Below are positions 31,332-32,000 of a stretch of DNA of 32,000 nt, in pieces. Source of the stretch: Nostoc sp. PCC 7120 = FACHB-418 (GTDB lineage: Bacteria; Cyanobacteriota; Cyanobacteriia; Cyanobacteriales; Nostocaceae). The translations under genes were made by a program, and so were the position numbers. The notes beneath the pieces were generated by a model that worked only from the letters and a program-made list of their open reading frames with translations, was not told where the DNA came from and searched no databases. Numbering within the stretch: the stretch's first letter is position 1; each line of letters starts with the position of its first letter. The stretch covers positions 150,001 to 182,000 of the forward strand of contig NC_003240.1 in assembly GCF_000009705.1 (NCBI RefSeq), given 5' to 3'.

Positions 31332-32000
31332 TTATACCTCTGATAACCCAAAATTTCTTTTCTCCGTTGTAACTATCCAACGGGGCCAAAATGGGTCATG
31401 TCCTGGTAAAACTCTTTGAAGTTCCTGATGGATTTGTGTTGGTCTTCTCAAGTGTTCTGGAAACGCATTCATATCATCATTACGCATCCAAGCCTCTGCT
31501 GCTTCAATTGCGATTTCTGCTTCTTTGGAACGGGCTTGTTTGAGACCAAAAATTTCTGAGGTTAACCATCCAACTGTATCCCCTTGTTTTGACCAAGGTA
31601 CTTCATCAAGGCTAACTTCTCTATCTTGTAATTTAAATAAAAATAGTTGATCTTCTTGCTCATTAAAATTTGGCTCTAAGGAAGCAAGAACAAGTGGAGA
31701 ATGAGTAGTTACTAAAGCCTGTATCTTCATCCTGGGTTGTAATTCTTTCACTACAGCTAAAATAGCTGGTAGAATCACTCTCTGCCAACGAGGATGTAAA
31801 TGAGATTCAATTTCATCAATTAGTAAAACTATCTGATTTACTGGCTTTTGTTGCCGTAATTCAGCAGCTTTTTTATGTTCGTACCAAGTCCACACTAGTA
31901 AATAAGCTAGTCCCAGAATACGCTTCATTCCGGCTGATGTTTGAGTGACAGGAACATTCCCATAAGGTAGGTTAACTGTAGGAATATCGCGCACATCTTC
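31332..32000 (-). CDS. ABC-type (AAA_15/AAA_21-like) ATPase, C-terminal part; the gene continues beyond the window
   Basis: Signature-like TSAGMKRILGLAY, Walker B plus Q/H region IVLLIDEIESHLHPRWQR, and H-loop LVTTHSPLVL. The frame is open to nt 32000, and no Walker A is in the window. Confidence 0.8.
   Translation of the reverse strand, partial: EDVRDIPTVNLPYGNVPVTQTSAGMKRILGLAYLLVWTWYEHKKAAELRQQKPVNQIVLLIDEIESHLHPRWQRVILPAILAVVKELQPRMKIQALVTTHSPLVLASLEPNFNEQEDQLFLFKLQDREVSLDEVPWSKQGDTVGWLTSEIFGLKQARSKEAEIAIEAAEAWMRNDDMNAFPEHLRRPTQIHQELQRVLPGHDPFWPRWIVTTEKRNFGLSEV

Noticed and set aside
31327-31389. Upstream ATG (31389) of the HNH-like ORF, which gives a 58-nt overlap with the ATPase gene
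   Set aside because: The ATG at 31326 lies 5 nt after the ATPase stop, which is classic coupling. The extra 21 residues are read from the ATPase 3' end in another frame. The longer start is still possible.
1-32000. Search for CRISPR arrays, rRNA genes, tRNA genes and canonical type IV secretion ATPases (VirB4, VirD4) or a relaxase
   Set aside because: I found no regularly spaced direct repeats, no rRNA-like or cloverleaf-like segments in the intergenic regions, and no ORF with VirB4-, VirD4- or relaxase-type motifs. This was done by eye only, so a covariance-model or HMM scan could still find a small RNA.

Overview
The window reads as part of a plasmid or other conjugative or mobilisable element from a filamentous (Nostoc-like) cyanobacterium. 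The taxon call rests on 15 hand-counted copies of the HIP1 octamer GCGATCGC and an AT-rich background. Content from left to right:
- The last 5.7 kb of a giant multidomain 'polyvalent' protein (AlkB-like 2OG-Fe(II) dioxygenase, NADAR/YbiA-like module and others), followed by a strongly acidic partner ORF.
- An orphan NarL/LuxR-type response regulator.
- An operon with two TraL/ParA-like P-loop paralogues.
- An Rpn/YhgA-like PD-(D/E)XK nuclease, followed by a duplicated stand-alone copy of its own C-terminal domain.
- An AEP primase-polymerase-like replication gene with a hairpin-rich leader and a recurring decamer.
- A ParB-N-domain protein and a small HTH protein.
- A roughly 13 kb minus-strand block: membrane proteins, a mini P-loop ATPase, a RusA-like resolvase, an FtsK/SpoIIIE translocase, a lambda-type GH104 lysozyme, an M23 peptidase and a run of small membrane proteins, headed by an HTH gene. 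No VirB4, VirD4 or relaxase is visible in it.
- A SANT/Myb-LAGLIDADG homing-endonuclease gene lying antisense inside that block. It is itself split by a 1166-bp ISKra4-like IS with 18-bp inverted repeats and a 9-bp target duplication.
- At the right edge, a Septu-like ABC-type ATPase plus an HNH-like gene carrying an in-frame TAA.
No rRNA, tRNA or CRISPR array was recognised. All functional calls come from motif recognition by eye and need HMM or structure confirmation.
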